Positions 1 through 9,873 are shown, counted from the first letter of the stretch. The stretch is 41,422 nucleotides of DNA from Holophagae bacterium (GCA_030618605.1 JAUXDC010000001.1:1-41422); one strand, 5' to 3'. Translations and numbers: made by a program. Notes: a model not told the origin generated them from the sequence alone.

Positions 1-1
1 C

Positions 2-319
2 TTGTCCGAGGGACGTGTGGATGAGGCTGTTCTGAGGCTGGAACGGCTGCTTGCCGATGATCAAATGAGCGATCCAACCCCCGCACTCGATGCTCTTGGC
101 ACCATTCGTCTTCAGCAGGGCTTGAGCGATGAGGCCTCGACTCTGTTTGAGCGCGCGTTGACCTATAGAGCCGCAGAAGGCCTTTACTACAAACTGTCGC
201 TGGCCCAGGCTTCAGCCGGCAATAACGAACAGGCCATGAGAACCCTCAACGAGGGGCTGCGCCTGTTCCCGGAATCCGAACGGCTGCAGGAAGCCCGATT
301 CCACCTTGGAGGTGTTTAA
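2..319 (+). CDS. TPR-like repeat protein, C-terminal part (5' end outside window)
   Basis: Frame is open from the window edge. Helical-repeat composition (ALTYRAAEGLYYKLSLAQASAGNNEQAMRTLNEGLRLFPESERL). TAA stop overlaps the ATG of the next CDS (TAATG, 317-321). Confidence 0.55.
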   Translation: MSEGRVDEAVLRLERLLADDQMSDPTPALDALGTIRLQQGLSDEASTLFERALTYRAAEGLYYKLSLAQASAGNNEQAMRTLNEGLRLFPESERLQEARFHLGGV

Positions 320-1182
320 TGCGTGCAAGATTCTGTCTGGTTCTTTGTTTCCTGGTCCTCGGAGGAGTATCCCTGTGGGCTGCCGACGAGGGTGCCACCT
401 CCGGGGATATCGATCCAAGAACGGAGCGACTCTTCGCCGATCTCGAAGGCTCGTTGTTCGGGGTCGATGATGACTCGGATATCGACCAGGCATTGATGGA
501 GTCTATCCATGAAGATCTCGAGTCCATCGATTTTCAGGGTGATCCGAAAGGGGCGGAAAAGGTCGACTCCATTTTCGGCGCCAACCCCTTGACCGGAGAC
601 GCCAACCCCTTGTTGAATACAAGCCACCGAAAACGGTGGCTGTCAACGGCAATCGCTGGGGTGGGGTTTGACGCGGTTGAAAAGCACCTGAAACGCCAGG
701 AGAAAGACATCAAGACGGGGAAGGTCAATCGATCCGACTGGTATGACCACGTGGCAGCCTGTACCAAGATCTGTAATCCGGTAGTTCAGGGTCTGTTGTA
801 CGAGCATGTTCGGCAGGTAGCGACCCATCCCCACGTTCTTCTAACATTTGGAGCGAGCTCGTCGGACCTGGGCGCCGATGGCCTTCAAGCCATGGAATCA
901 TTCGTCGATTTGGTAGCTCGTCGAGGGGCTCAGTTTCTTTTGATCGGTCGAGGATCTCGCACCGGTAATCGGGAATTCAACCGGACGCTGTCGGCTCGGC
1001 GTGTTGAGTCCGTCAAATCGGAGTTGAAACGTTTTGGAGTCGCTTCCGATGGGATCTCGGGCTTCTGGTTGGGTTACGAACCCCCCCAGATAACCGGGGA
1101 AATAGCCCAGGCCTACCGCCTCGAAGACAGTCTTGGTGATCTTGACCGGAACCAGAGTGTGATGGTTGTGGCCTTCCGGTAA
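319..1182 (+). CDS. Exported protein with OmpA/MotB-like C-terminal domain
   Basis: Signal-peptide-like N-terminus MRARFCLVLCFLVLGGVSLWA. C-terminal peptidoglycan-binding-type signature GRGSRTGNREFNRTLSARRVESVKSELKRFGV. Confidence 0.6.
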   Translation: MRARFCLVLCFLVLGGVSLWAADEGATSGDIDPRTERLFADLEGSLFGVDDDSDIDQALMESIHEDLESIDFQGDPKGAEKVDSIFGANPLTGDANPLLNTSHRKRWLSTAIAGVGFDAVEKHLKRQEKDIKTGKVNRSDWYDHVAACTKICNPVVQGLLYEHVRQVATHPHVLLTFGASSSDLGADGLQAMESFVDLVARRGAQFLLIGRGSRTGNREFNRTLSARRVESVKSELKRFGVASDGISGFWLGYEPPQITGEIAQAYRLEDSLGDLDRNQSVMVVAFR

Positions 1183-1208
1183 TCATCCCGGGCGGGGAAC
1201 GAAGACAA

Positions 1209-1289
1209 TTGAACCACGAAGACACAAAGACCACAAAGAAAGAACTTATAATACGACCCCTGAGTGTTCTTCGTGTCTTTGTGGTTCAA
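1209..1289. repeat. Imperfect 26-nt inverted repeat built from 8-nt words, between convergent genes
   Basis: TTGAACCACGAAGACACAAAGACCAC (1209-1234) versus its reverse complement at 1264-1289 (23/26 match), with a 29-nt loop. Words are GAAGACAC/AAAGACCA. Nearby direct repeat AGTTTCCAGT at 1350-1359 and 1364-1373. Confidence 0.7.
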
Positions 1290-1383
1290 ATTATTCGTTG
1301 GACTGATCAGTGTTCTCTGGACCTGTGGAGAGCCTCGGGTTGGGAGTCAAGTTTCCAGTTTTGAGTTTCCAGTATCCGGTTTT

Positions 1384-2067
1384 TTAATTCACCGATCCAG
1401 TCTCACCGAGATTTTGCCGAGCGAAATCCAGGATCCGTTGAAAGGTATCCGATTGCCGGCATCGTTCCGAGAGAGTCTGAAATACCTCTGAAGCCTTTTG
1501 GGTGTCTCCCGTGGCGACATAGGCGATCATCAGGTTTTCGAGGCTCTCACAGTCGTACTGGCGGGCAAAGGCTGCGGCCTCCGCGAAGACCAGTGCACCT
1601 TCAACATCGTCACCCATGTTCAGGCAGATGGTGAGGAGGGAGTAGATATCGCCCACGTAGGCATTTTCGTAGACCTCGTGCAGGTAGGGGAGGCAGCGGA
1701 GAAGGTACGGAGCGGCTACGGCGTACTGCTCACGCTCATAAAAAAGCACTCCTGCCGTGTAACAGGTCTGGCAGTAGACGCTGAGGACCTCGTCAAAGGT
1801 CGAGAGGTAGGGCTTGTACGAGACCAGGGCACTTTCCAGGGCTTCCGCTGCCTGATCCAGTTCCTGGAGGTCGTAGTGGATCGTGCCCACCAGGCTCAGG
1901 AGGAAGGCCCGCCAGTTGACCTCGGTCTCGACCGACTGGAGATCCCTGAGTCGGCTGATGTCCTCCTGGTCGGCCTCATGTTCGTCCATCTTGGCGATAG
2001 TCGCCTCGATACCTGCCGCTACGTCGCCGCTACGGTCGGAGCCTGTGTACCACTCTGGGATGCTCAT
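1384..2067 (-). CDS. Hypothetical protein, TPR-like helical repeats
   Basis: 227-aa ORF with protein-like composition (YCQTCYTAGVLFYEREQYAVAAPYLLRCLPYLHEVYENAY). No SD; a TAGAAT box lies 6 nt upstream of the ATG. Confidence 0.5.
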   Translation of the reverse strand: MSIPEWYTGSDRSGDVAAGIEATIAKMDEHEADQEDISRLRDLQSVETEVNWRAFLLSLVGTIHYDLQELDQAAEALESALVSYKPYLSTFDEVLSVYCQTCYTAGVLFYEREQYAVAAPYLLRCLPYLHEVYENAYVGDIYSLLTICLNMGDDVEGALVFAEAAAFARQYDCESLENLMIAYVATGDTQKASEVFQTLSERCRQSDTFQRILDFARQNLGETGSVN

Positions 2068-2097
2068 AGCGACATTCTACATCGGTTAAGATGTATC

Positions 2098-2119
2098 GCC
2101 CCATTTGGATAAATGGGGC
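2098..2119. promoter_or_regulatory. Perfect palindrome in a divergent spacer (candidate operator or hairpin)
   Basis: GCCCCATTT-GGAT-AAATGGGGC, a 9-bp perfect inverted repeat inside the 67-bp spacer between the 2067(-) and 2135(+) starts. Confidence 0.3.
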
Positions 2120-2134
2120 CCCAAGGGAGTTTTG

Positions 2135-3802
2135 ATGAACGAATCGATTGTGAGAGTGAGATATCGCGGGGAGGATCATTCGGTGTCGGACGGCACACGG
2201 GTCGATCAGTTCCTCAAGGATGTAGAGGGTGAGATCGAGGAGACGGTATTGGCGGCCTTGGTCAACAGGCGCAAGGTCATGCTGGACTTCCCTCTTCGGG
2301 GTCGGGTGGATTTGGAACTGGTACGGTTTGGGGACCGGGAGGGGGAGTCGGTCTACAAACGGTCCGTTTGTCTTCTCTTTCATGAGGCTTGCGCCGAGCT
2401 CTATCCCGAGGCAGGTTTGATCGTTGGCCAGAGCCTCGGCAACTGTTATCACTACCAGGTTCGCGGCGAGTTTCCTCAGCTCAAAGAAATGGCCCGTGAC
2501 CTCGAAGAGCGCATGACGGTGATCAGGGATGAGGCCAGACCCTTCCTACGCCGAACGGTCACCGTGGAAGACTTGGAGAATTACTTCCGCCGGGAGGGCG
2601 ATGAAGACAAGTTGGACCTGCTGGCAACCCGTAGGAGTTCAATGGTCCCCACCATCAGTTGCGGGACCTGCATCGACATTGCCCACGGCCCCTTTGTCCC
2701 GGACACATCCTGTTTGCCGACCTTCGGTGTACGGTCCTTCGGTGACGGTCTGGTCCTGCGTTTTCCTCGGCGCTCGGATCGGCATAACCTCCCGCCCTTC
2801 ACGCCGCGTGAATTGCTGTTCCAGACCTACGTCGAGACCAGACACTGGCAGGAACTGCTCGGTGTGCAGCGTGTCGGGCAGCTCAACCAGATTTGTCTCG
2901 ACGGCGAGTTGAGGCACCTCGTCCGTGTCGCGGAAGGTCTTCACGAAAAGAAGATCTCGCGAATTGCCGATGAGATATTCGCCCGACTCCCCGGAGTGAA
3001 ACTGGTGACGATCGCCGGTCCGTCGTCCTCCGGCAAGACGACCTTCTCAAAAAGATTGGGCATTCAGCTGAGAGTCAACGGCGTCGAGCCGGTGGCCCTG
3101 TCACTTGACAACTACTACGTCAATCGTACCGAGACCCCGATGGATGAGGATGGGAAGCCTGATTTCGAGAGCATCGAGGCCATCGATCTGCCGATGTTTC
3201 ACGACCAGCTTGGGGTGTTGATGGAGGGAGGCGAGGTTCGGACGCCCCGCTTCGACTTTGTCACAGGCTTGAGAGTGCCGGAGCGGCAGTGGGTGCCGAT
3301 GCGCCTGGAAGAGGGCCAGGTCCTGGTGATCGAGGGTATTCACGGCCTCAATCCGCGGTTGACAACGTCGATCCCTGAGAACCGCATCTTTCGGATCTAT
3401 GTCTCTGCTCTTTCACAGTTGGCGATCGACAATCACAACCGGATCTTCACCTCGGATACGCGACTGGTCCGGCGCATCGTTCGTGACCACCTTTTCCGTG
3501 GTTTCACCGCTGAGCGAACGCTGGACATGTGGGAAAGGGTCCGCCGAGGCGAAGGTAAGTGGATTTTTCCCTTCCAGGAACAGGCGGACGTCATGTTCGA
3601 TTCGGCGCTGGTGTACGAGCCGGCAGTGCTCAAGGTCTTTGCCGAACGTTTCCTGTTGCAGGTGCCTCGTTCCAGTCCGACTTACACCGAGGCCTACCGT
3701 CTGCTCAAGGGACTCTCAATGTTGGTCCCGGTGTTTCCCGATGAGGTTCCCCATACCTCGTTGCTGCGGGAATTCATCGGCGGCAGTACCTTCAGGGAGT
3801 GA
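2135..3802 (+). CDS. Uridine-kinase/PRK-family P-loop kinase fused to a TGS/ThrRS-N-terminal-like region
   Basis: P-loop IAGPSSSGKTTFSKRLG with a uridine-kinase-like core. N-terminal VRYRGEDHSVSDGTRVDQFL looks TGS-like. Start set at ATG 2135 (AGGGAG, 5 nt, ATG) rather than the track's TTG at 2105. Confidence 0.75.
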   Translation: MNESIVRVRYRGEDHSVSDGTRVDQFLKDVEGEIEETVLAALVNRRKVMLDFPLRGRVDLELVRFGDREGESVYKRSVCLLFHEACAELYPEAGLIVGQSLGNCYHYQVRGEFPQLKEMARDLEERMTVIRDEARPFLRRTVTVEDLENYFRREGDEDKLDLLATRRSSMVPTISCGTCIDIAHGPFVPDTSCLPTFGVRSFGDGLVLRFPRRSDRHNLPPFTPRELLFQTYVETRHWQELLGVQRVGQLNQICLDGELRHLVRVAEGLHEKKISRIADEIFARLPGVKLVTIAGPSSSGKTTFSKRLGIQLRVNGVEPVALSLDNYYVNRTETPMDEDGKPDFESIEAIDLPMFHDQLGVLMEGGEVRTPRFDFVTGLRVPERQWVPMRLEEGQVLVIEGIHGLNPRLTTSIPENRIFRIYVSALSQLAIDNHNRIFTSDTRLVRRIVRDHLFRGFTAERTLDMWERVRRGEGKWIFPFQEQADVMFDSALVYEPAVLKVFAERFLLQVPRSSPTYTEAYRLLKGLSMLVPVFPDEVPHTSLLREFIGGSTFRE

Positions 3803-4434
3803 AAGGCTTGGAGGAACGCGCGGCCGGGATTGCCCGGTGTCTGGATCTGTTCTACCCGGATGCTCGGTGTGAGCTGGATTTCAAAACCCCTTGGCAACTG
3901 CTTGCGGCAACGGTTCTCTCCGCCCAGTGCACCGACGTTCGTGTCAATCTGGTAACCCCTGAGCTCTTTCGGCGCTGGCCGACTCCGGAGGCGATGTCCC
4001 GAGCTGATCTGGCGGAGGTCGAGGGAGTCATTCACTCGACAGGTTTCTTCAGGAACAAGGCCAGGGCCCTTCGTGATGGTGCTCGAGTGCTGGTTGCCGA
4101 CCATGGAGGAGAGCTTCCTCGATCCATTGAGGGCATGGTCGACCTCCCAGGGGTCGGCCGGAAGACCGCCAAAGTGGTGTTGGGTGAAGCGTTCAACATT
4201 CCTGCGGGCATTGCTGTGGATACCCATGTCAAACGCCTTGCAGGCCGTTTTGGTCTCAGTGACGAAACTGATCCTGACCGAATTGCCGGGGACCTTGAGG
4301 CCTTGCTCCCCAAGTTTTGGTGGGTCGGTTTCTCCCTGCGTGTCGTTCTTCACGGACGAAGGGTCTGTACCGCGCGTAAGCCACAGTGCGACGACTGTGT
4401 TCTCGAAGGCGTCTGCCTGAAGAAAAATATTTAA
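3799..4434 (+). CDS. nth: Endonuclease III
   Basis: FKTPWQLLAATVLSAQCTD, HhH motif LPGVGRKTAKVVL, and C-terminal Fe-S cysteines CTARKPQCDDCVLEGVC. GTG start overlaps the upstream stop (GTGA). Confidence 0.9.
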   Translation: MKGLEERAAGIARCLDLFYPDARCELDFKTPWQLLAATVLSAQCTDVRVNLVTPELFRRWPTPEAMSRADLAEVEGVIHSTGFFRNKARALRDGARVLVADHGGELPRSIEGMVDLPGVGRKTAKVVLGEAFNIPAGIAVDTHVKRLAGRFGLSDETDPDRIAGDLEALLPKFWWVGFSLRVVLHGRRVCTARKPQCDDCVLEGVCLKKNI

Positions 4435-4481
4435 GCACTGAGCGATCAGCTACAATGACGGTCTGACAGGAGGCATACATC

Positions 4482-5534
4482 ATGATTGAAAAGATTCGTA
4501 AACAGCTGGGGGATTCGGCGTCCCTCTTGGACTATCGATGCACTGGGATTTCCAAAGACGTCCTGCATCTTCCCGGCCCGGATTTCGTCGACCGGATCGT
4601 TTCGCAGACCGATCGCAATCCCAAGGTGATGCAGTCACTGCAGTGGCTTTATGACACCGGCCGAATGGGTGGAACAGGGTTCGTTTCGATCCTTCCGGTC
4701 GATCAGGGCATCGAGCACTCCGGCGCCGCGTCCTTTGCTCCCAATCCGATCTATTTTGATCCTGAAAACATCGTCAAGCTGGCGATCGAGGGCGGTTGCA
4801 ACGGCGTTGCCTCGACCCTGGGTGTGTTGGGCTCTATTTCGCGGAAATATGCCCACAAGATTCCCTTCATCGTCAAGATCAACCATAACGAATTGCTGAC
4901 CTATCCGCCGGAGTTTGACCAGACCCTCTTTGCTTCGGTGGAGCAAGCATGGGATCTGGGCGCCGCCGGTATCGGGGCAACGATCTACTTTGGGTCGGAC
5001 AACTGCCGTCGTCAGATCATGGAGATTTCCGAGGCCTTCGAGGAGGCGCACTCCATGGGGATGTTCACCGTTCTGTGGTGCTACCTACGCAATCCCGGGT
5101 TCAAAAAGGACGGGGTCGATTACCACGCCTCGGCCGATTTGACCGGGCAGGCCAACCACATAGGTGTGACGATCGAGGCCGACATCATCAAGCAGAAGCA
5201 GCCGGAAAATAATGGTGGCTACAACGCCATCGGTTTTGGCAAGACCTCTCCGCTGGTCTACTCAGACCTGGTGCCGGACAACCCGATCGAGTTGACCCGC
5301 TGGCAAGTCGTCAACTGCTACATGGGACGCTCCGGCTTGATCAATTCGGGTGGAGCTTCCGGCGGCGCCGGTGACCTTGAGCAGGCAGTGATGACGGCCG
5401 TGGTCAACAAGCGTGCCGGCGGGATGGGGCTGATCTCCGGGCGCAAGGCCTTCCAGAAGCCGATGAACGTAGGTGTCGAACTGCTCAACGCAATCCAGGA
5501 TGTGTATCTGTGCGATGACGTGACGATTGCGTGA
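4482..5534 (+). CDS. fbaB: Class I fructose-bisphosphate aldolase (FbaB/DhnA type)
   Basis: 350 aa, nearly collinear with E. coli FbaB as I remember it ([48 protein letters not shown]). AGGAGG SD upstream. Confidence 0.9.
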   Translation: MIEKIRKQLGDSASLLDYRCTGISKDVLHLPGPDFVDRIVSQTDRNPKVMQSLQWLYDTGRMGGTGFVSILPVDQGIEHSGAASFAPNPIYFDPENIVKLAIEGGCNGVASTLGVLGSISRKYAHKIPFIVKINHNELLTYPPEFDQTLFASVEQAWDLGAAGIGATIYFGSDNCRRQIMEISEAFEEAHSMGMFTVLWCYLRNPGFKKDGVDYHASADLTGQANHIGVTIEADIIKQKQPENNGGYNAIGFGKTSPLVYSDLVPDNPIELTRWQVVNCYMGRSGLINSGGASGGAGDLEQAVMTAVVNKRAGGMGLISGRKAFQKPMNVGVELLNAIQDVYLCDDVTIA

Positions 5535-5543
5535 ATGATTTAA

Positions 5544-5678
5544 GCTGTTAGCCGTTAGCTTTTAGCAGCGAAGCACCGTTTTCTTCGGAATGTCTGCTCG
5601 CCACTCGTTGATTTCCTTTATCGGGTGGCGAGCTTTTCTTTGGGGTTTGAGCTAAAGGCTAATTGCTAATCGCTAATT
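5544..5678. repeat. TTAGC-type heptamer arrays as inverted arms bracketing the fbaB terminator
   Basis: Arm 1 is GCTGTTA GCCGTTA GCTTTTA GCAGCG (5544-5570). Arm 2 is GCTAAAG GCTAATT GCTAATC GCTAATT (5651-5678). They are imperfect reverse complements. Confidence 0.75.
5596..5641 (+). terminator. Rho-independent terminator of fbaB
   Basis: 12-bp stem GCTCGCCACTCG / CGGGTGGCGAGC (one G-U pair), 14-nt loop, followed by TTTTCTTT. Confidence 0.6.
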
Positions 5679-5724
5679 TCTCTCGGCAAAATCGGGTCCA
5701 TCGTGGTTCCGGCATCGTCGGCAT

Positions 5725-6147
5725 TTACTCCCCAATGATCTTGACGAGAACCCTCTTCGGTCTTCGGCCGTCGAACTCGCCGTAGAAGATCTGCTCCCAG
5801 GTTCCGAAATCGAGGCGGCCCCTGGTGATGGCGACGACGACTTCTCGGCCCATAATCTGGCGCTTGTGGTGGGCGTCGCCGTTGTCCTCGCCGGTTCGGT
5901 TGTGGTGGTAGGTCTCGGGCGAAGCGTCGAAGGGCGCTAGCTTCTCCAACCAACGCTTGTAGTCCTGGTGGAGTCCATGCTCGTCGTCGTTGATGAACAC
6001 CGAGGCTGTGATGTGCATGGCGTTGACCAGGCACAGGCCCTCTTGTATGCCGGACTCCCGAACCGCCCGTTCAACATCGGCGGTGATGTTGACGAAGTCC
6101 ATGCGTTCGGGAATCTCGAACGTCAGATATTCGGTGTGGGATTTCAT
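5725..6147 (-). CDS. yjbQ: YjbQ/UPF0047 family protein
   Basis: [59 protein letters not shown]. Start taken at internal ATG 6147, which forms an ATGA overlap with the upstream stop. Confidence 0.85.
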   Translation of the reverse strand: MKSHTEYLTFEIPERMDFVNITADVERAVRESGIQEGLCLVNAMHITASVFINDDEHGLHQDYKRWLEKLAPFDASPETYHHNRTGEDNGDAHHKRQIMGREVVVAITRGRLDFGTWEQIFYGEFDGRRPKRVLVKIIGE

Positions 6148-7865
6148 CGTTTTTCTCCTCCGCCTGTCCCAGGCCGGACCTCTCCGGGCAGCGTGAACCA
6201 CCTCAGGGGCTCAAGGTCTTGAGGTAAGGCATTGGTTGTGTCGACCGGAACCAGCTGTTGTTCAATATGTGCCACCAGCGATTGGGCGGCTTCGAGATAG
6301 CCGGGGAGGGCGGTTTCAGGCTCACTCTGGAAGGACGAAGAGTGCCGGCACCTCGCGCCTTCAAAATGCAGATCCTTGAGATCGTGAATGGCCTCCGGTT
6401 CACGGTCACCGTGGTGCCACAGGCCGCTGTCGGCGTGAAAATCGTACTGAGGCAGCAACTTCCAACCGTGGGTCGCGATGAAGTTGACCGCTTCGAGGAT
6501 GTAGTTGATTTCCGCTTCGGAGCAGAAGTAGTTGAAATTGACCCGGACCCAGCCCGGTTTGATGCCCTCACAGCCGGAGTTGATCGCCTCCTGGAAGAGA
6601 TGTGAGCGCTCAATATCGATGCCTAAAAGCCGGTGGCCGTAGGGTCCGGCACAGGAACATCCTCCGCGGGCCTGAATGCCGAAGAGGTCGTTGAGCAAGG
6701 CGACAACGAAGTTGTGGTGCAGGTACATGGGGCCGTGCTTGATCATGAAGCTGACGATTGAAAGGCGGGTCGAGGTCAGGCTACCGAGGATATGGATGTT
6801 GTCGTTGTCCGACCATGAGCGAATCGCCTTGGTGACGACGGCCATTTCCAGGTTTTCAATGGTCTCTTGGCCAACGGCATTTTTGAGCCTGAAGACCAGA
6901 CCGGCCCGAATGCTGCCGATGATCGCCGGGGTACCGCCCTCCTCCCGGTGGCTGGGGTCGGTGATGTAGGTGTGTTCGGTCGGTGAGACGTAGGAGACCG
7001 TACCGCCCCCGGGGACCGTGGGGACCCGGTTGGTCAACAGGTGTCTCTTGACGACCAAGACCCCGGGCGTGCCGGGTCCCCCGACGAACTTGTGCGGCGA
7101 GAGGAAGACCGCATCCTTGGCGGTGTGTTTGTCCGGCCACTCTTCGCGGTGAGGGTTCATATTGAAGCCGACATAGGGCGCCGCCGCCGCGATATCCCAG
7201 AATGACAGCGCGCCGCGGCGGTGCAACAACGCGTTGATGCTGAAGGTGTGGGAGACGATGCCCGTGACGTTGGATGCCGCGGAGAAAGAGCCGATCTTCA
7301 AAGGTCGATCGGCGAATTCCACCAGGCGCTCTTCGAGCACCGACTCGTCGATGCGTCCATCGGCGTCCTCGGGGATCTCGATGACGTCCGCGATCGTCTC
7401 CCGCCACGAGATCTCGTTGGAGTGGTGTTCGTACGGGCCGATGAAGACGACGGGGCGTTCACTTTTTGGAATGTGGTCGCTCAAGGAGTAGCGCCGGTCG
7501 AGGTCGGCAGGAATTCTCAGGTTGAGGATGTCGATCATCTTCTGAATGGCGCCGGTCGCCCCGGAGCCGCAGAAGATGACGATGTCGTCGTCGTTTCCGC
7601 CCAATGACTGATGGATGATCTGCCGGGCCTCTTCTCTGAAATGAGTCGTCTGCAATCCCGTCGTCGAGGTCTCCGTGTGGGTGTTGGCATACAGCGGCAT
7701 CACCTCGTCACGGATGAAATTCTCGATGAAATCGAGGGAGCGACCCGACGCGGTGTAATCCGCGTAGATTACCCGGCGAAGGCCGAAGGGACCATCTATC
7801 GCACGATTGCGGCCGATGATGCCGTTTCGAATATTTGAGAGCAGGGTCTGTGTCTGAGGATCCAT
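6144..7865 (-). CDS. Class-V PLP-dependent aminotransferase / cysteine-desulfurase-like enzyme
   Basis: [32 protein letters not shown] and [13 protein letters not shown]. 573 aa counted from ATG 7865, which has a GGGAG SD; the track's ORF starts 13 codons further upstream. Confidence 0.75.
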   Translation of the reverse strand: MDPQTQTLLSNIRNGIIGRNRAIDGPFGLRRVIYADYTASGRSLDFIENFIRDEVMPLYANTHTETSTTGLQTTHFREEARQIIHQSLGGNDDDIVIFCGSGATGAIQKMIDILNLRIPADLDRRYSLSDHIPKSERPVVFIGPYEHHSNEISWRETIADVIEIPEDADGRIDESVLEERLVEFADRPLKIGSFSAASNVTGIVSHTFSINALLHRRGALSFWDIAAAAPYVGFNMNPHREEWPDKHTAKDAVFLSPHKFVGGPGTPGVLVVKRHLLTNRVPTVPGGGTVSYVSPTEHTYITDPSHREEGGTPAIIGSIRAGLVFRLKNAVGQETIENLEMAVVTKAIRSWSDNDNIHILGSLTSTRLSIVSFMIKHGPMYLHHNFVVALLNDLFGIQARGGCSCAGPYGHRLLGIDIERSHLFQEAINSGCEGIKPGWVRVNFNYFCSEAEINYILEAVNFIATHGWKLLPQYDFHADSGLWHHGDREPEAIHDLKDLHFEGARCRHSSSFQSEPETALPGYLEAAQSLVAHIEQQLVPVDTTNALPQDLEPLRWFTLPGEVRPGTGGGEKR

Positions 7866-7935
7866 TGGTGACTCCCGCGGAAAACCGCACGGATTGTTTA
7901 TCACAGATGCTTCAACCTTGCAGCCGAAAGCAATA

Positions 7936-7961
7936 ACCGGCCGCCCATTCGGGCGGCCGGT
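7936..7961 (-). terminator. GC-rich hairpin downstream of the acyl-CoA dehydrogenase gene
   Basis: ACCGGCCGCCC-ATTC-GGGCGGCCGGT, an 11-bp stem 37 nt after the stop. Only a weak T tract (TATTGCTTTC) follows on the minus strand. Confidence 0.5.
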
Positions 7962-7971
7962 CTGTTGTTCG

Positions 7972-7996
7972 ACTAATAGCTGACAGCTGATAGCTC
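7972..7996. repeat. Single arm of the TTAGC/GCTNNNA heptamer family
   Basis: Minus strand reads GCTATCA GCTGTCA GCTATTA, directly after the stop at 7998. Confidence 0.5.
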
Positions 7997-7997
7997 C

Positions 7998-9839
7998 CTA
8001 CATAATCGCGTACAGGGCTGCTTTCTCCCCGGAACGAATCGCCGCGGCCTTGGCCGGGACGGTCGGAAGGGCGCGGTAGCCAAAGTGGATCGCCGTCTGC
8101 ACCTTGTTGTGGTAGAACGCCGCCTCTTCGTTGTCTGAGAGGAATGCCTTGTATGCCTTTTTGTCGTCGGTGTCGACTCCGGCGTCAGAAAGGATGGCGG
8201 CCAACTTGGTCTTGGCCAGCATTGCCTGATCCAAGAGGAAGTGGGCGCCGAGGCAGGTGCCGACCATGTCCAGCAGCGGCACGGCGTTGATCAGCATCAC
8301 TTGGATGCCGTCGGGCCTTTTGGGGAGTTCCTTGGCGATGGTTTCGACCTGTTTGAGGGCCGCGGCCAAGAGCCATGCGGGTTCCATCAACTCGGGGTCG
8401 TTCTTGGCCTTGTTGAAGGTCTTCTCGGCCATGCCCAGCAAATCCTTGATCGGTTGACCGCCGGCCAGGGACAGCTTGCGGGCAACGAAGTCCAGCGCCT
8501 GGATGCCGTTGGTACCCTCGTACAGACAGGCGATCTCGGCATCGCGCATGTACTGCTCCGCCGGGTATTCCTTGGTATAGCCATAGCCGCCGTGAACCTG
8601 AACGCAGGTATGGGTCACCTGCAGGCCCCACTCGGAGCACCAGGCTTTGCAGATCGGGGTCATGACCTCGACGTAGTTCCTGTACTTCTTGGCCTCGTCA
8701 CCCTCGGTGGAGTGGCTGAGATCGAGGTAGTAGGATGCTTGCAGCAGGATGGCGCGCATCGCTTCGACATAGGCCTTGGAGGTCAGGAGCATGCGGCGGA
8801 CATCGGGATGCTCGACGATGGCCACCTGGGGCGCCTCTGGATCTTTCATCATTTTCCAGTGGCGGCTTTGCAGGCGCTCCTTGGCAAAGGCCAGGGCCTG
8901 CTGGTGGGCGCCGCTGGCTGCAGCGCAGCCCTGCATTCCAACCTCGATCCTGGCGGCGTTCATCATGTAGAACATCAGCTTCATGCCTTGGAGTTCTTCG
9001 CCCAGGAGGAAGCCCCGGCAACCGTCGTTGGCGCCGAAGACCAGCGAGCAGGTCGGGGAGCCGTGGATGCCCATTTTCTCTTCGATGTTGGAACATGCAA
9101 CGTCATTGGCATCACCGAGGGAGCCGTCGCCGTTGACGCGGATCTTGGGCACGACGAAGAGGGAAAGACCTTTGGTGCCGGGAGGGGCGCCTGGTGTGCG
9201 TGCCAAGACCAGGTGAATGATATTTTCGGCCAGATTGTGATCGCCGGACGTAATGAAAATCTTCTCGCCCGAGATCAGATAACTGCCGTCGTCCTGCTTG
9301 GCGGCCTTGGTCGTCGAGGCGCCGACGTCGGATCCGGCCTGGGGCTCGGTCAGACACATCGTGCCGCCCCACTGTCCGGTATAGGTCTTTTCGACATAGG
9401 TATTCTTGAGTTCGTCGTTGCCGAAGTTCTCGATCATGACGCCGACGCCCCGGGTCAGCATCAGGGTCAGGGAGAGGGAGACGTTGCTGCCGGAGAAGAA
9501 CTCGTTGACAACGGTGCCGACAACGTCCGGCAGGCCCATGCCGCCGTACTCGGGAGAACCCAGCAGGCCGATCCAGCCGCCCTCGCAGACGGTGTCGTAG
9601 ACCGGCTTGAAGCTGTCGGGCATGGTGACCACGCCGTCGTTCCACTGGGCCCCGATGCGGTCGCCGTCCTCGTTGCAGGATGCCATCTGCTCCTGGGCGA
9701 TCTTGAGCGCCTCGTCGACGATCATGTCCATCTGCTCGAGATCCCAGTCGCCAAAGCGCTCGGATTCGAGCAGTTTTCCGGTGTCAAGCCACTCGAAAAG
9801 CTGAAACTTAATGTCACGAATATCGACTTTGTAACCCAC
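7998..9839 (-). CDS. Long-form acyl-CoA dehydrogenase (FadE-like, with extra C-terminal domain)
   Basis: 613 aa. ACAD motifs WGGTMCLTEPQAGSD and GGYGYTKEYPAEQYMRDA. GTG start preceded by AAGGAGG plus 6 nt. Confidence 0.85.
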   Translation of the reverse strand: MGYKVDIRDIKFQLFEWLDTGKLLESERFGDWDLEQMDMIVDEALKIAQEQMASCNEDGDRIGAQWNDGVVTMPDSFKPVYDTVCEGGWIGLLGSPEYGGMGLPDVVGTVVNEFFSGSNVSLSLTLMLTRGVGVMIENFGNDELKNTYVEKTYTGQWGGTMCLTEPQAGSDVGASTTKAAKQDDGSYLISGEKIFITSGDHNLAENIIHLVLARTPGAPPGTKGLSLFVVPKIRVNGDGSLGDANDVACSNIEEKMGIHGSPTCSLVFGANDGCRGFLLGEELQGMKLMFYMMNAARIEVGMQGCAAASGAHQQALAFAKERLQSRHWKMMKDPEAPQVAIVEHPDVRRMLLTSKAYVEAMRAILLQASYYLDLSHSTEGDEAKKYRNYVEVMTPICKAWCSEWGLQVTHTCVQVHGGYGYTKEYPAEQYMRDAEIACLYEGTNGIQALDFVARKLSLAGGQPIKDLLGMAEKTFNKAKNDPELMEPAWLLAAALKQVETIAKELPKRPDGIQVMLINAVPLLDMVGTCLGAHFLLDQAMLAKTKLAAILSDAGVDTDDKKAYKAFLSDNEEAAFYHNKVQTAIHFGYRALPTVPAKAAAIRSGEKAALYAIM

Positions 9840-9873
9840 TGGATGCCTCCTTGAATTTTATCGGATAATCAAT

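Noticed and set aside
8241-9854. 537-aa plus-strand ORF
   Set aside because: It is antisense to the clearly recognisable acyl-CoA dehydrogenase. Its composition is G/A/L/H-rich, typical of antisense frames in high-GC DNA.
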